64,000 nucleotides of DNA from Obrimoposthia wandeli (taxonomy: Eukaryota). Position numbers and translations under genes: made by a program. Positions 1-12,700 of the stretch are shown one piece after another (position 1 is the stretch's first letter; every line of letters starts with the position of its first letter). Location: contig CDROCS010000253.1 of assembly GCA_977020255.1 (NCBI GenBank), positions 2,976,001 to 3,040,000 of the forward strand, written 5' to 3'. Under the pieces are notes generated by a model, which was not told where the DNA came from, made no database searches, and saw nothing but the letters and a program-made list of their open reading frames with translations.

Positions 1-3000
1 TTAGACATTGAAAACAGTCCAATGTATTTAAATAGCGAAACACGTCCTTGGATGGCACGTGAAGATGGTTTACCACGTCGCGCAGGTGTCAGTTCGTTTG
101 GTTTTGGTGGTACTAACTACCACATGGTATTAGAAGAATACTCGCCAAAAGCACAAGGCCAGTATCGCTTAAATGCAGTGCCACAAACACTTATAGTTAC
201 AGCGGCTAACGAACAAGCATTAGTGAGTTCATTAACGGATTGGAAAACTAAATTAAGTGTGAAAGCAGATGATCAACCCTATGCTTTTAACGCCTTAGTT
301 GTTGAAAACACGTTAACGACACCTGCAGTTGATTTAGCTCGCTGTGGTTTTGTTGCAAAAAATGCTGATGAAGCAATCAAAATGATTGAAGGTGCTTTGA
401 AGCAATTTCAAGCCAAATCAAGCAGTGCCGTTCCTTGTGAAGAATGGTCAGTGCCAACGGGTATTTATTACCGTAAGTCTGGCTTGTCAGTTAGCGGAAA
501 AGTGGTTGCGTTATTCTCTGGTCAAGGCTCACAATACGTAAATATGGGCCGCGAGCTTGCTTGTAACTTCCCAAGCGTAATGCAAGCTGCTGCAGATATG
601 GATAGTGAGTTTACACAAGCAGGTTTAGGTCAATTAACCCCGACAACGTATCCAATTCCTGTATTTAGTGATGATGCACGTAAAGCGCAAGATGAAGTTT
701 TACGTTTAACCCAACACGCACAACCTGCAATTGGCACTTTAAGTGTTGGTCTATATAAAGCGTTTACTAATGCCGGTTTTAAGGCAGACTTTACTGCGGG
801 GCATAGCTTTGGTGAATTAACCGCTCTTTGGGCTGCTGGTGTAGTAAGTGATAGTGACTATATGATGTTAGCACGTAGTCGTGGTCAAGCAATGGCAGCA
901 CCTACAGGTGAGGCTGCAGAAGGGTTCGATGCGGGCACTATGATTGCCGTTGTCGGTAGTCCAACTGATATTGCTAATGATATTAAAGACATCAAAGATA
1001 TCTCTATTGCAAACTACAACTCTAATAACCAAGTAGTTGTTGCTGGTGTAAGCACTCAAATAGCAATCGCTATCGATGAGCTAAAAGGCAAAGGCTATAA
1101 AGTCGTACCATTACCAGTGTCTGCCGCGTTCCATACGCCACTTGTGGGCCATGCTCAAAAACCATTTAGCGATGCTATCGATAACGCTAAATTTAATAAG
1201 CCTCTTGTACCTGTTTATTCAAATGGCACGGCAAAAGCGCATTCAAATAAAGCTGCGGATATTAAAAAATCACTGAAAAACCATATTTTGGAGTCAGTGC
1301 ACTTTAACGAAGAAATTGACAATATTTACGCTGATGGCGGACGAGTATTTGTTGAATTCGGTCCTAAAAATGTATTAACCAAGCTTGTTGAAAATATCTT
1401 AAAAGATAAAGAAGACGTTGTTGCTATTGCCGTAAATGCTAATCCCAAGAAATCGGCTGATATGCAAATGCGTCAAGCGGCAGTGCAAATGGCGGTACTT
1501 GGTTTAGAACTTACAGAGATTGACCCGTATTCAGCAGTTAAACGTCCATTATCTGCACCTAAAATGTCACCACTAGCAATGAAGCTAACTGGCGCATCTT
1601 ATGTTAGCCCTAAAACTAAAAAAGCATTTGATGATGCACTAAATGACGGATGGACAATTAAACAAGCAACGTCAGTACCTGTTGCTGTGCCTGAGCCACA
1701 TGTGGTTGAAAAAATTGTTGAGAGAATCGTTGAAGTAGAACGCATTGTTGAAGTTGAGAAAATTGTTTACCTCAACTCTGACGGAACCGCTGCAGATGGT
1801 AGTCAAGTTACTGCACCAATAACAAGTAATGCGAACGATGTAGCAAATAGTATTGAACGTAGCGTTAGTCAGTTTGTTGATCACCAACAGCAGTTATTAA
1901 ACGTACATGAGCAATATATGCAAGGTCCAAAAGACTACGCAAAAACCTTTGATGCAGTACTTAGTACTCAAGAAGCAGGTGAGTTACCTGAAAGCCTAGA
2001 CCGTACCTTAGGCATGTATCATGACTTCCAGTCAGAAACGTTGCGTGTTCATGAGCAATATTTGAATAACCAAACAGATAATATGGCAGCGATGTTATCT
2101 ACTTCTGAAAGTAATGCATCGGTGACTGCTAACGTAGTTAAAACATCACCAACAGCGCTTCAAGCTCCAGCTGTTAAAAGTGTAGTGACACAAGCGCCTG
2201 TTGTTAAATCAACCGCGTCAGTGGCACCTGCAACACAACCGTTACCTGCCGCCGTATCTTCTCCAGTAGTAAGTGCTCCGGTAGTCAATGCGCCTGCACA
2301 ATCAGTAGCAACAGCCGTTGCGATGGCGCCAGTAGCTGAAGTTTCTATCGCTGTTCCTGTACAGAAATCATCACTTGACCTTGAACGCATTCAAACAGTG
2401 ATGATGGAAGTGGTTGCTGAGAAGACTGGCTATCCAACAGAAATGTTAGAACTTGAAATGGATATGGAAGCCGATTTAGGCATTGATTCAATCAAGCGCG
2501 TTGAGATATTAGGCTCAGTACAAGAAATCATTGCTGATTTACCAGAGCTTAACCCTGAAGATTTAGCTGAATTACGCACCTTAGGCGAAATCGTTTCCTA
2601 TATGAAAGGGAAAATGAAGTCGAAAGCACAAGCTGCAGCTCCTAGTGCGTCAGCGAATGACAGTGCACCAGCACTTCATTTAGTTGATAGCTCAGTTGCG
2701 CCAAGCATCGATTTACAGCACATCCAAAATGTGATGATGGCAGTGGTTGCTGAGAAGACCGGTTACCCAACCGAAATGCTTGAGCTTGAAATGGACATGG
2801 AAGCTGACTTAGGAATTGATTCAATCAAACGTGTTGAAATCTTAGGTTCAGTACAAGAAATCATTAACGATTTACCAGAACTCAATCCAGAAGACTTAGC
2901 GGAACTGCGCACCTTAGGTGAAATTGTTAACTACATGCAATCTAAAGTATCAGCTGCTCCTGTAGCGAGTGTATCAAGTGCGTCAGCGAATGAAAGTGAA

Positions 3001-6000
3001 AGCAGCACGCCTGCAATCGATTTAATTCACATCCAAAATGTGATGATGGAAGTGGTTGCTGAGAAAACCGGCTACCCAACTGAAATGCTTGAGCTTGAAA
3101 TGGATATGGAAGCTGACTTAGGTATCGATTCAATCAAACGTGTTGAAATACTAGGTGCTGTTCAGGAAACTATCCCTGATTTACCAGAACTCAATCCAGA
3201 AGACTTAGCGGAACTGCGCACCTTAGGTGAAATTGTTAACTACATGCAATCTAAAGTATCAGTAGCGCCTGCAACAGCTTTAGCAAGTGTGCAAACTAAT
3301 GTAAGTAGCGCCCCTGCAATTGATTTAGATTACATTCAATCTGTAATGATGACAGTAGTGGCAGAGAAAACTGGCTACCCAACTGAAATGCTTGAACTTG
3401 AAATGGACATGGAAGCTGACTTAGGTATCGACTCAATCAAGCGAGTTGAAATACTTGGTGCTGTTCAGGAAACTATCCCCGATTTACCAGAACTTAATCC
3501 AGAAGATTTAGCTGAGCTACGTACCTTAGGTGAAATCGTAAGTTACATGCAAAGTAAAGTATCAGTAGCGCCTGTCGCTGTTGTTGATAGTGCTCCAGCC
3601 AATGAAAGTGTGCAAACTAATGTAAGTAGCGCCCCTGCAATTGACTTAGATTACATTCAATCTGTAATGATGACAGTAGTGGCAGAGAAAACTGGCTACC
3701 CAACTGAAATGCTTGAGTTAGCCATGGATATGGAAGCAGACTTAGGTATTGACTCAATCAAACGTGTTGAAATCTTAGGTGCTGTTCAGGAAACTATTCC
3801 TGACTTACCAGAGCTTAACCCAGAAGATTTAGCTGAGTTACGTACCTTAGGTGAAATCGTAAGTTATATGCAATCTAAAGTAGCACCCGTTGCAGATGTT
3901 ACGGTAGCTGCTGAAACAAATACGCTAGCGACTGAAAGTGCTCCAGCAATCGACTTAGATTACATTCAATCTGTAATGATGACAGTGGTGGCAGAGAAAA
4001 CTGGCTACCCAACTGAAATGCTTGAGTTAGCCATGGATATGGAAGCAGACTTAGGTATTGACTCAATCAAACGTGTTGAAATTTTAGGTGCTGTTCAGGA
4101 AACTATTCCTGACTTACCAGAGCTTAATCCAGAAGATTTAGCTGAGTTACGTACCTTAGGTGAAATCGTAAGTTACATGCAAAGTAAAGTATCGCCAACG
4201 GATCCGACTGACCCTAAGGGGACTGGTGCTAAAGCCACTGTTCCTTCAACTGATAAGTCAGTAGAAACAGCGGTTAACTTTCAAGGCGCACCGAGTGCAA
4301 CTGTTGAACTAACAGCATTATCTTCAGTGAACAAAATTGTTCAAGACGTCACCGGTGAAGGAAAACAATCAGGCGCTAACGCGTTAGTTGTTGATGATGG
4401 CAGTGGCGCAGCAGTAGCGTTAAGTGCTCAACTGATTAAAGCAGGTTGGCAAGTTACGGCATTAAAACCTAATTGGGTGGTTAGCGATTCGAAAAAAGCG
4501 TTTGCTAAAGTAGTAAATGTTGTTGAAATTGGTACTAATGATAAAACACTTGATGAAGCTCAAGTAAAAGACATCATCGATAAAACAGCACAATTAGACG
4601 CAGTTATTTACTTACAAGCCGCAAATACTGTTGATGCTATCGAATACCCAGAAGCGGCAAAACAAGGCTTAATGTTAGCCTTCGTATTAGCTAAATTGTC
4701 GAATGTTAAAAAGGCAGCCAAAGCACGTGCTTCCTTTGTTGTGGTAACGCGCCAAGGTGGCGCTTTAGGCTTTGCTAATGGCGATGCTGATAGTGGTACG
4801 CAACAAGTGAAGGCCGATGTTAAAGCAGACTTAGTTCAAGCAGGTTTAGCGGGCTTAGTTAAAACCCTATCTCATGAATGGAAAGGCCATGAGGGGAACG
4901 CTGGCGAAGGCAGTGTTTTCTGTCGAATTATCGATTTATCAAGTAAATTAGCAGCAGATAAAGCAGCCACTATCATCAATGATGAGTTACTTGATATTGA
5001 CGGTAGTATTGTTGAAGTCGCACATGATACCGATAACTTGAGCAATAACATTGGCTCACGTCTAACTCTATCAGGTGTTGCTACCGATAGTTATGCACTA
5101 GCGCCAATTGCTAAAGGGTCAAATACAGCAATTAACAGTGACTCGGTATTTTTGGTAAGCGGTGGCGCAAAAGGTGTTACAGCACATTGTGTTATCGAAA
5201 TTGCCAAACAGTACCAAGCTAAGTTTATTTTGTTAGGTCGTTCATCCTTTGATGCCAACGAGCCAAGCTGGGCACAAGGTATTAATGATGAAGTTGCTTT
5301 GAAAAAAGCAGCGATGCAAGCATTGATTGCAAGCGGTGAAAAACCAACACCGGTTAAAGTGACACAGTTTGTACGTCCGGTATTAGCTAATCGTGAAATT
5401 GCCCAAACATTAACGGCAATTAAAGCGGCAGGCGGGCAAGCACATTACGCTGCTGCCGACGTGACGAATAGTGAAAGTGTTAGCGCTGCGGTTCAACCGT
5501 TACTAAAAACCTTAGGTCAAGGCTCTCTACAAGTAAGTGGCATCATCCATGGTGCGGGCGTATTAGCGGACAAGTTTATTGAGCAAAAAACGCTTGAAGA
5601 ATTTAACGCAGTATACACAACGAAAATAGATGGTTTATTGTCTTTATTAGCAGCAACCAATGCAGAAAACATTAAGCACTTAGTGTTATTTTCATCAGCG
5701 GCCGGTTTTTACGGTAACCCAGGACAATCTGATTACTCCATCGCTAATGATATTTTAAATAAAACGGCATACCGTTTTAAAGCATTAAACCCAAGTGCTC
5801 AAGTATTAAGTTTCAACTGGGGACCTTGGGATGGTGGCATGGTAACACCAGAGCTTAAACGTATGTTTAACGACCGTGGTGTTTATATTATTCCACTTGA
5901 TGCAGGCGCTAAATTATTGGTAAGTGAACTTGTTGCAGATACTAACCGTTGTGCGCAAATCCTTGTTGGTAATGACCTCTCTAAAGATAAGACGAAGGAT

Positions 6001-6939
6001 ACAGCTAAGGATGCATCTGTAAAAAAGCCACAAGTTAGTCGCTTAACTACCCGTGTTAATAAAACACTTTTAGCGACTAACAATACCTTTTTAGCTGACC
6101 ACACCATTGGTGATGACAAAGTATTACCAACCGTGTGCGCCATTGCATGGATGAGTGATGCAGCAATGGTTGCTTATCCAGCATTTCATTATCAAGGACT
6201 AGTAAACTATAAGTTGTTTAAAGGCATCATCTTTGATGGCAGTGAAGCAACAGAATATTCAATCGATATGATTGCTCAATTTGAGGGTGAAAGCTTAGTA
6301 GTAGACACTAAAATCTCAAGTACTAATGAGCAGGGTAAACTAGTATTTCATTATGGCGCTCAGTTGACATTAGTCGCTAAAGCGCAAAGAAAAGAAGCGC
6401 CAACGGTTGAACTTATATTACCTGAAGCAGTACAAGCGAGCAGAGAAAATGCAAACGCTTTATATACTAATGGTACTTTATTCCACGGTGAAAGCCTGCA
6501 AGGTATTAAGGCAATACTTGAGTGTAATGAGCAAGGTCTATTATTGAGCTGTCAAGTACCAGCATTGGCAAGTCTTAAGCAAGGCGAATTCCCGATTAGC
6601 CCGTTAAATAGTGCAAGTGAACACTCGAACATCTTTGCCAATGATATCGCTTATCAAGCCATGTTAGTTTGGGCTAAAAAGCAGTTAGGTTTAGGTAGCT
6701 TACCGTCAAGTACACAAAGTTGGACGGTATACCGCGACGTCAGTCTTGGTGAAAACTTCTACCTTAAATTAACGGTAGTGAAAAGTTCAGGCAAAGGAAA
6801 GCAACGTGGCTCTTTAGTGGCTGACATCGAACTTATTGATGAAAATAATCAATTACTCAGTGAGATAAAATCCGCTAAGGTGACTGCTAGTGCTAACTTA
6901 AATGATTTATTTCTGCCTAAAAGTGAGGCCAGTGCGTAA
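1..6939 (+). CDS. pfaA: PUFA synthase PfaA (KS C-terminus, MAT, 6x ACP, KR, DH); 5' end lies outside the window
   Basis: Frame open from base 1; KS end [19 protein letters not shown] GHSFG, six [14 protein letters not shown] ACPs, KR GGAKGVT...YSIAN, [10 protein letters not shown]. Confidence 0.97.
   Translation, partial: [2312 protein letters not shown]
2380..4195 (+). repeat. Six tandem near-identical ACP-coding units with Ala/Pro/Val-rich linkers
   Basis: [33 protein letters not shown] occurs six times in PfaA. Confidence 0.95.
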
Positions 6940-9644
6940 TGGTTAACAATCATTATAAAACGGCCATTATTGGTTTAGATGCTCAGTTTGAAAACCAACA
7001 GGGTATTCAAACCGATATTGATTGTGTCGAACGCGCGCTATACCTTGGGAAAAGCTCAGAGAAAAGTGTAACCACGAGCAAAGCAGAGCAGATTAAGCCA
7101 AATACAACACTCAATATGAGCTGTTTAGCAGCGGTTGCACGTATGGCAAGTGCTAACAAAGTGAATAGCGCTGATATCAAAGCTGTTGTGTTAATGCACG
7201 ACAGTGAAAATACAGTCATTGATATTGAAAATGTTATTGTTGTTACTTCGTTAGCTAACGCACTTCAACAAATAGATGCGTTGATTGAGCAAAACTTCTT
7301 GGTAGCCTTGCTTGGTATTAATTTGCAAGGTACTAGTGCGTTTAGTTTCAGCGATAAGCAAAATAACAGTGATGTTTGTCAAGAGCTGGCGACCATTTCA
7401 TATGATCAAAACTTTAGCGCTTATCAAGCGTGTAGCGGTATTGCTGCATTATTATTTGCACCAGCGACGTTTGCACAAACTCATCACTGTTACGTGTATT
7501 CACGGGTAAAAGGTTTTGCCATAGGTAGTGATATAGCCAGTGTTACGGCTGCCGCGTTAGATAAAGCGCAAGTTAATGCAACAGATATTGGTTTGCTTGA
7601 AGTTTCTGCGTTATCAGATAAAGCAGATGCGCTTGCTGAAACACAAGGTTTATTGAGCCATTATTTAATAAATGAAGGTGCTAATGAAGCATTAAACACG
7701 GCTATCTCTTGTGCACGAAGTGTTACCGGCGAAGGTGCTGGATTTTCTGAGGTATTAGGATTGTTACGCAGCGTTATTGCGCTGCAACAACGTTATATTC
7801 CAGCCATCACTGATTGGCAACAACCTGAAGCCAGTGAACTTGAAAAATGGCAAATCTCAAGCTGTTATTTTCCAACAGAGGCACGCCCATGGTATCCACA
7901 GCCTAATGGTAATGCTCACCTTGGCGCCTACAGTTGTTTAAGCAAATCCGAAGGTAATTCAACAGCTAATTTAGAAGGTAACTCAGCAGTTAAGCATTAT
8001 TATTGTCACATCATTTTGCAAGAAGAGCAGGTTGGTCTTGTCGATGGTAAACATGCTGCAAGCGATATTCGCAGTAATGGTTTTATTGCCTGTAGTGATT
8101 TACAGCTAGTATTAATTGGCGCAAATGATCTACCCACTTTATTAACCCAGTTAATTGACCTTGAAGATGAACTTGAGCTTGAAAGTAAGTCTGTGCAGAG
8201 TAAAACACTCCTTAAAGATATTGCCTTAACTCGTTTTGAACAGTCAAAAGCCAATAGTAGTCGTTATACGATTGCCTTATTGTGTGAATCGATAGAAGAA
8301 TTAGCCAAAGAAATAAAACTCGCTAAAGCCGGTGTTCCTCTAACATTTTCTGATGTTAATTCTGATAAGAATAAACAGCAAGAATGGCGAACGCCAAAAG
8401 GCAGCTATTTTAGTGCTAGCCCTGTTAATGATATTGAGTCATTTACTCATTCAGCTACTCATTCAGGTAAGGATTCAACATCCACTAATAATGTTTCATT
8501 TCTATACCCAGGCATTGGTGCAACGTATGTCGGTTTAGGGCGTGATTTATTCCACCTTTTTCCTGAAATACACCAAGATGTTGCTAACTTAGCCGACGAT
8601 ATTGGTGCAAGTTTAAAAGATAAGTTATTAAATCCTCGCTCAATAATTCGTCCTGATTTTAAAGCATTAAAACAGCTGGATTTAAACCTCCGTGGTAAGT
8701 TGGCCGATATTGCTGAAGCTGGCGTTGGTTTTGCGTGTGTATTCACTAAAGTATTTGAAAACGTCTTTAAGGTAAAAGCAGACTTTGCTACAGGTTACAG
8801 CATGGGTGAAGTCAGTATGTATGCTGCATTGGGTGCATGGCAACAACCTGGCTTAATGAGCGCACGTTTGGCTAATTCAGATACCTTTAATCAACGTTTA
8901 TGTGGTGACTTGTTAACTTTGCGTGAGCATTGGGGCTTGCCTAGTCCTACTAATGATAGTGAACAAGGTGAATTAATTTGGGAAACCTACACCATTAAAG
9001 CAACGTTAGCTGAAGTTATCGCTGCCAGTGAAGGTGAAGAACGTGTTTATTGCACCATAATTAATACGCCAGACAGTTTATTATTAGGTGGTTATCCAGC
9101 CGATTGTCTACGCGTTATTAAAAAACTTGCTGTACGTGCTATGCCACTTAACATGGCAAATGCAATTCACAGTGCACCAGCAAAAATTGAATATGACGAC
9201 ATGGTTGAACTTTATACCATGGACGTTACTGCGCGCTTAAAAACTAAAATGTATTCAAGCTCTTGTTACTTACCCGTACCACAAATGAGCAAAGCGATTG
9301 CTCACAGTGTTGCTAAGTGTTTATGCGACCGAGTAGATTTCCCCCGTTTAATTAACACCATGCATGATAAAGGTGCGCGGGTATTTATTGAAATGGGACC
9401 AGGACGCTCGTTGTGCAGCTGGGTAGATAAAATTTTAGATTTTGACGATAACAGTAAAAATGGCCTCTCTAATACAGAACCTAATCAAGTTGCTCATAAA
9501 GCACGAGTATCAGTGCCAGTGAATGCAAAGGGCACAAGTGACGAGTTAACGTATGTGAGAGCCGTTGCAAAATTGGTTAGTCACGGGGTGAAACTAGATC
9601 TTCACCGCTTATTTAATGGCTCAATTATCGTTCATAAAACATAA
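6939..9644 (+). CDS. pfaB: PUFA synthase PfaB, long form (degenerate KS-like N-terminus + acyltransferase)
   Basis: Overlaps pfaA stop; AT motifs FLYPGIG, GYSMG, FIEMGP; 901 aa. Confidence 0.93.
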   Translation: MVNNHYKTAIIGLDAQFENQQGIQTDIDCVERALYLGKSSEKSVTTSKAEQIKPNTTLNMSCLAAVARMASANKVNSADIKAVVLMHDSENTVIDIENVIVVTSLANALQQIDALIEQNFLVALLGINLQGTSAFSFSDKQNNSDVCQELATISYDQNFSAYQACSGIAALLFAPATFAQTHHCYVYSRVKGFAIGSDIASVTAAALDKAQVNATDIGLLEVSALSDKADALAETQGLLSHYLINEGANEALNTAISCARSVTGEGAGFSEVLGLLRSVIALQQRYIPAITDWQQPEASELEKWQISSCYFPTEARPWYPQPNGNAHLGAYSCLSKSEGNSTANLEGNSAVKHYYCHIILQEEQVGLVDGKHAASDIRSNGFIACSDLQLVLIGANDLPTLLTQLIDLEDELELESKSVQSKTLLKDIALTRFEQSKANSSRYTIALLCESIEELAKEIKLAKAGVPLTFSDVNSDKNKQQEWRTPKGSYFSASPVNDIESFTHSATHSGKDSTSTNNVSFLYPGIGATYVGLGRDLFHLFPEIHQDVANLADDIGASLKDKLLNPRSIIRPDFKALKQLDLNLRGKLADIAEAGVGFACVFTKVFENVFKVKADFATGYSMGEVSMYAALGAWQQPGLMSARLANSDTFNQRLCGDLLTLREHWGLPSPTNDSEQGELIWETYTIKATLAEVIAASEGEERVYCTIINTPDSLLLGGYPADCLRVIKKLAVRAMPLNMANAIHSAPAKIEYDDMVELYTMDVTARLKTKMYSSSCYLPVPQMSKAIAHSVAKCLCDRVDFPRLINTMHDKGARVFIEMGPGRSLCSWVDKILDFDDNSKNGLSNTEPNQVAHKARVSVPVNAKGTSDELTYVRAVAKLVSHGVKLDLHRLFNGSIIVHKT

Positions 9645-9757
9645 AGCGAATAAACGCTTGAAAGAGTTCACATAGAAGAACTTGATTAAAAGCGTTTACT
9701 TTAAAAAATACATAAAAAGAACTCACTTTAAAAGAAAATAAACTTTTCGAGGAAAGT

Positions 9758-12700
9758 ATGGAAAATATTGCCGTAGTAGGTATTGCTAATTTATTCCCAG
9801 GATCTTCTGCACCAGAAGAATTTTGGCAGCAATTGCTGAAGAAACAGGATTGTCGCAGTAAAGCAACCAAAGAACAAATGGGTGTTGACCCTGAAAAATA
9901 CACCGGAAAAAAAGGCGACACAGATAAATTTTACTGTGTGCACGGTGGTTATATTCGAGATTTCAATTTTGATGCAATATCATTTATTCAGAACACTGCT
10001 GGTTTAACCGCACCGCTGAGTGAAGAGTACCTAAATCAACTAGATGATCTAAATAAGTGGGCTTTGTATGTTACCCAACAAGCATTAACCGATGCAGGTT
10101 ATTGGGGCAGTGATAAGCTTGAGCAATGTGGCGTTATTTTAGGAAACTTATCGTTTCCAACCAAATCGTCTAATCACTTATTTATGCCGTTGTATCACCA
10201 AGTTGTCGATAACGCATTAAAAGCCGGTATAGATAAAGATTTTCAGTTAAGTCATTTTTCTGATACTGACATAGCAAGCAACAATATTCATGCAGATAAT
10301 GCGCTGGTAGCGGGTTATCCTGCGGCGCTTTTAGCGAAAGCTGCAGGTCTTGGTGGTACACACTTTGCGCTTGACGCAGCCTGTGCATCAAGCTGTTATT
10401 CGGTTAAATTGGCTTGTGATTACTTGCATACCGGTAAAGCTGACATGATGTTAGCAGGCGCAGTGTCTGGCTCTGACCCTATGTTTGTTAATATGGGATT
10501 CTCTATTTTTCAAGCCTACCCAGCTAACAATATTCATGCCCCGTTTGATAAAAACTCTCAGGGCTTATTTGCTGGTGAAGGCGCTGGCATGATGGTCTTA
10601 AAACGCCATAGTGATGCGGTACGTGATGGCGATAAAATTCACGCCATTATCAAAGGCGGTGCTTTATCAAATGACGGTAAAGGTGAATTTGTCCTTAGTC
10701 CAAATACCAAAGGACAAGTGCTAGTTTATGAACGTGCTTATGAAGATGCGGCAGTTGACCCTCGTGATGTAGATTACATTGAATGTCATGCTACGGGCAC
10801 ACCAAAAGGCGATAACGTAGAGCTTGGCTCTATGGATACATTCTTTAGTCGCTTCCCAAGAGAAAACGGCAATAAGCCTTTGCTTGGCTCAGTAAAGTCT
10901 AACTTAGGCCACTTACTTACCGCAGCAGGTATGCCGGGTATGACTAAAGCTATTTGGGCACTCAATGAAGCAAAAATTCCCGCAACCATTAACTTAAACG
11001 AGCCATTAAGCTCTAAAAAAGGTTACTTAGGCGGCGCACAAATGCCAACAGACACTATCGATTGGCCCGTACCTTTAAAGAAAGCTAACACAGCTAATAA
11101 GCCAAGAACCGCTGGTGTCAGTGTATTTGGTTTTGGTGGCTCTAATGCCCACTTAGTTTTACAGCAGCCTACACAGCAACTTGAACCAATCACGGTAAAA
11201 GCCAAAAAACGTGAGCCACTTGCCATTATTGGTATGGATGCTCATTTTGGTGGTGCTGAAGACCTTGCTAGTTTTAAAACGCTTATCGAAACTAACGGTA
11301 ATACTTTTAGAGAATTACCGACGAATCGTTGGAAAGGCATTAATCACGATACTGATGTAATGAATGCCTTGCAGCTTAATAAAGCACCTCAAGGCGGCTA
11401 TGTTGAAAACTTTGATATTGATTTTTTACGTTTCAAAGTGCCACCTAACGAGCAAGACTGTTTAATTCCCCAGCAACTGATGATGATGAAAGTTGCTGAT
11501 AATGCAGCAAAAGATGCAGGGCTTAAAGAAGGTAGCAACGTTGCGGTACTTGTTGCTATGGGTATTGAACTAGAGCTGCATCAATACCGAGGTCGCGTTA
11601 ACTTAAGCACACAAATTGAAGAAAGTTTATTACAACAAGGCGTTACGCTTAACACAGAGCAACGTGAAACCTTAACCAATATCGCTAAAGATGGCGTTGC
11701 TCATGCGGCGCAGCTTAATCAATATACCTCGTTTATTGGCAATATTATGGCGTCACGTATTTCAGCCTTATGGGACTTTACGGGCCCAGCGATAACGCTT
11801 TCTGCGGAAGAAAACTCAGTCTATCGTTGTGTAGAATTGGCTGAAAACTTATTCCAAACATCAGACATCGATGCCGTGATCATTGCCTCGGTTGATTTAG
11901 CTGGTTCAGTAGAAAACATTACCTTAAGACAACACTTTGGTCCGGTAAATAAAGGCCCTGTAGAAAAGGGCCCAGTCTCAACAAATTCTGCAACCTCAGA
12001 AAATGTACTTGAACAAAATACATGGAAAGTAGGTGAAGGGGCAGGTGCATTTGTTGTTAAACCCCTGTCTAAAGTAATCCAAGTCGCTGAGCAAAGTATT
12101 TATGCGACCATAGACGGTGTTAGTTTTGCCAATGGTAAAGATGCTGCTGCCATCACTAAAGCGGCAATCGCTTCCCTGAACATTGCAGGGCTTAACAGCG
12201 CAGATATTACCAGTGTTGAAGCACATGCCAGTGGTTTTAGTGCTGAAAATACAGCAGAAGCTCAAGCATTACCTGCATTGTATGCAGGCAAAGCGATTAG
12301 CAGTGTTAAAAGCAATATTGGTCATACGTTTAATGCCAGTGGTGTTGCCAGTATTATTAAAACAGCACTTGTGCTGAATGAAGATCGCTCAACATCTCAT
12401 ATAGCCGTGAATGGCTTAGGTAAAGATGAAAGCTGTGCGCACCTTATTTTGTCATCGAGCAAGTTAGCCCATCAAGCAGCACCAGCGCCAACAGGCAAAC
12501 AACGCCCTAAATTAATAAAAAATATTAGCTTAGGTGGCAAGGCCATTTTTGCAGACATCATTGCCAACGTTAAAGCACCGGCAATGGCGGCGATTAAGCA
12601 AGCTTTTACTAAGCAACCATTACGTCAGGTTAAACAGACGGTTAATGTCATGAACATTAAACCTAAGCTTTCTGAAGTTAAGGTATCTGAAACAAAGCTA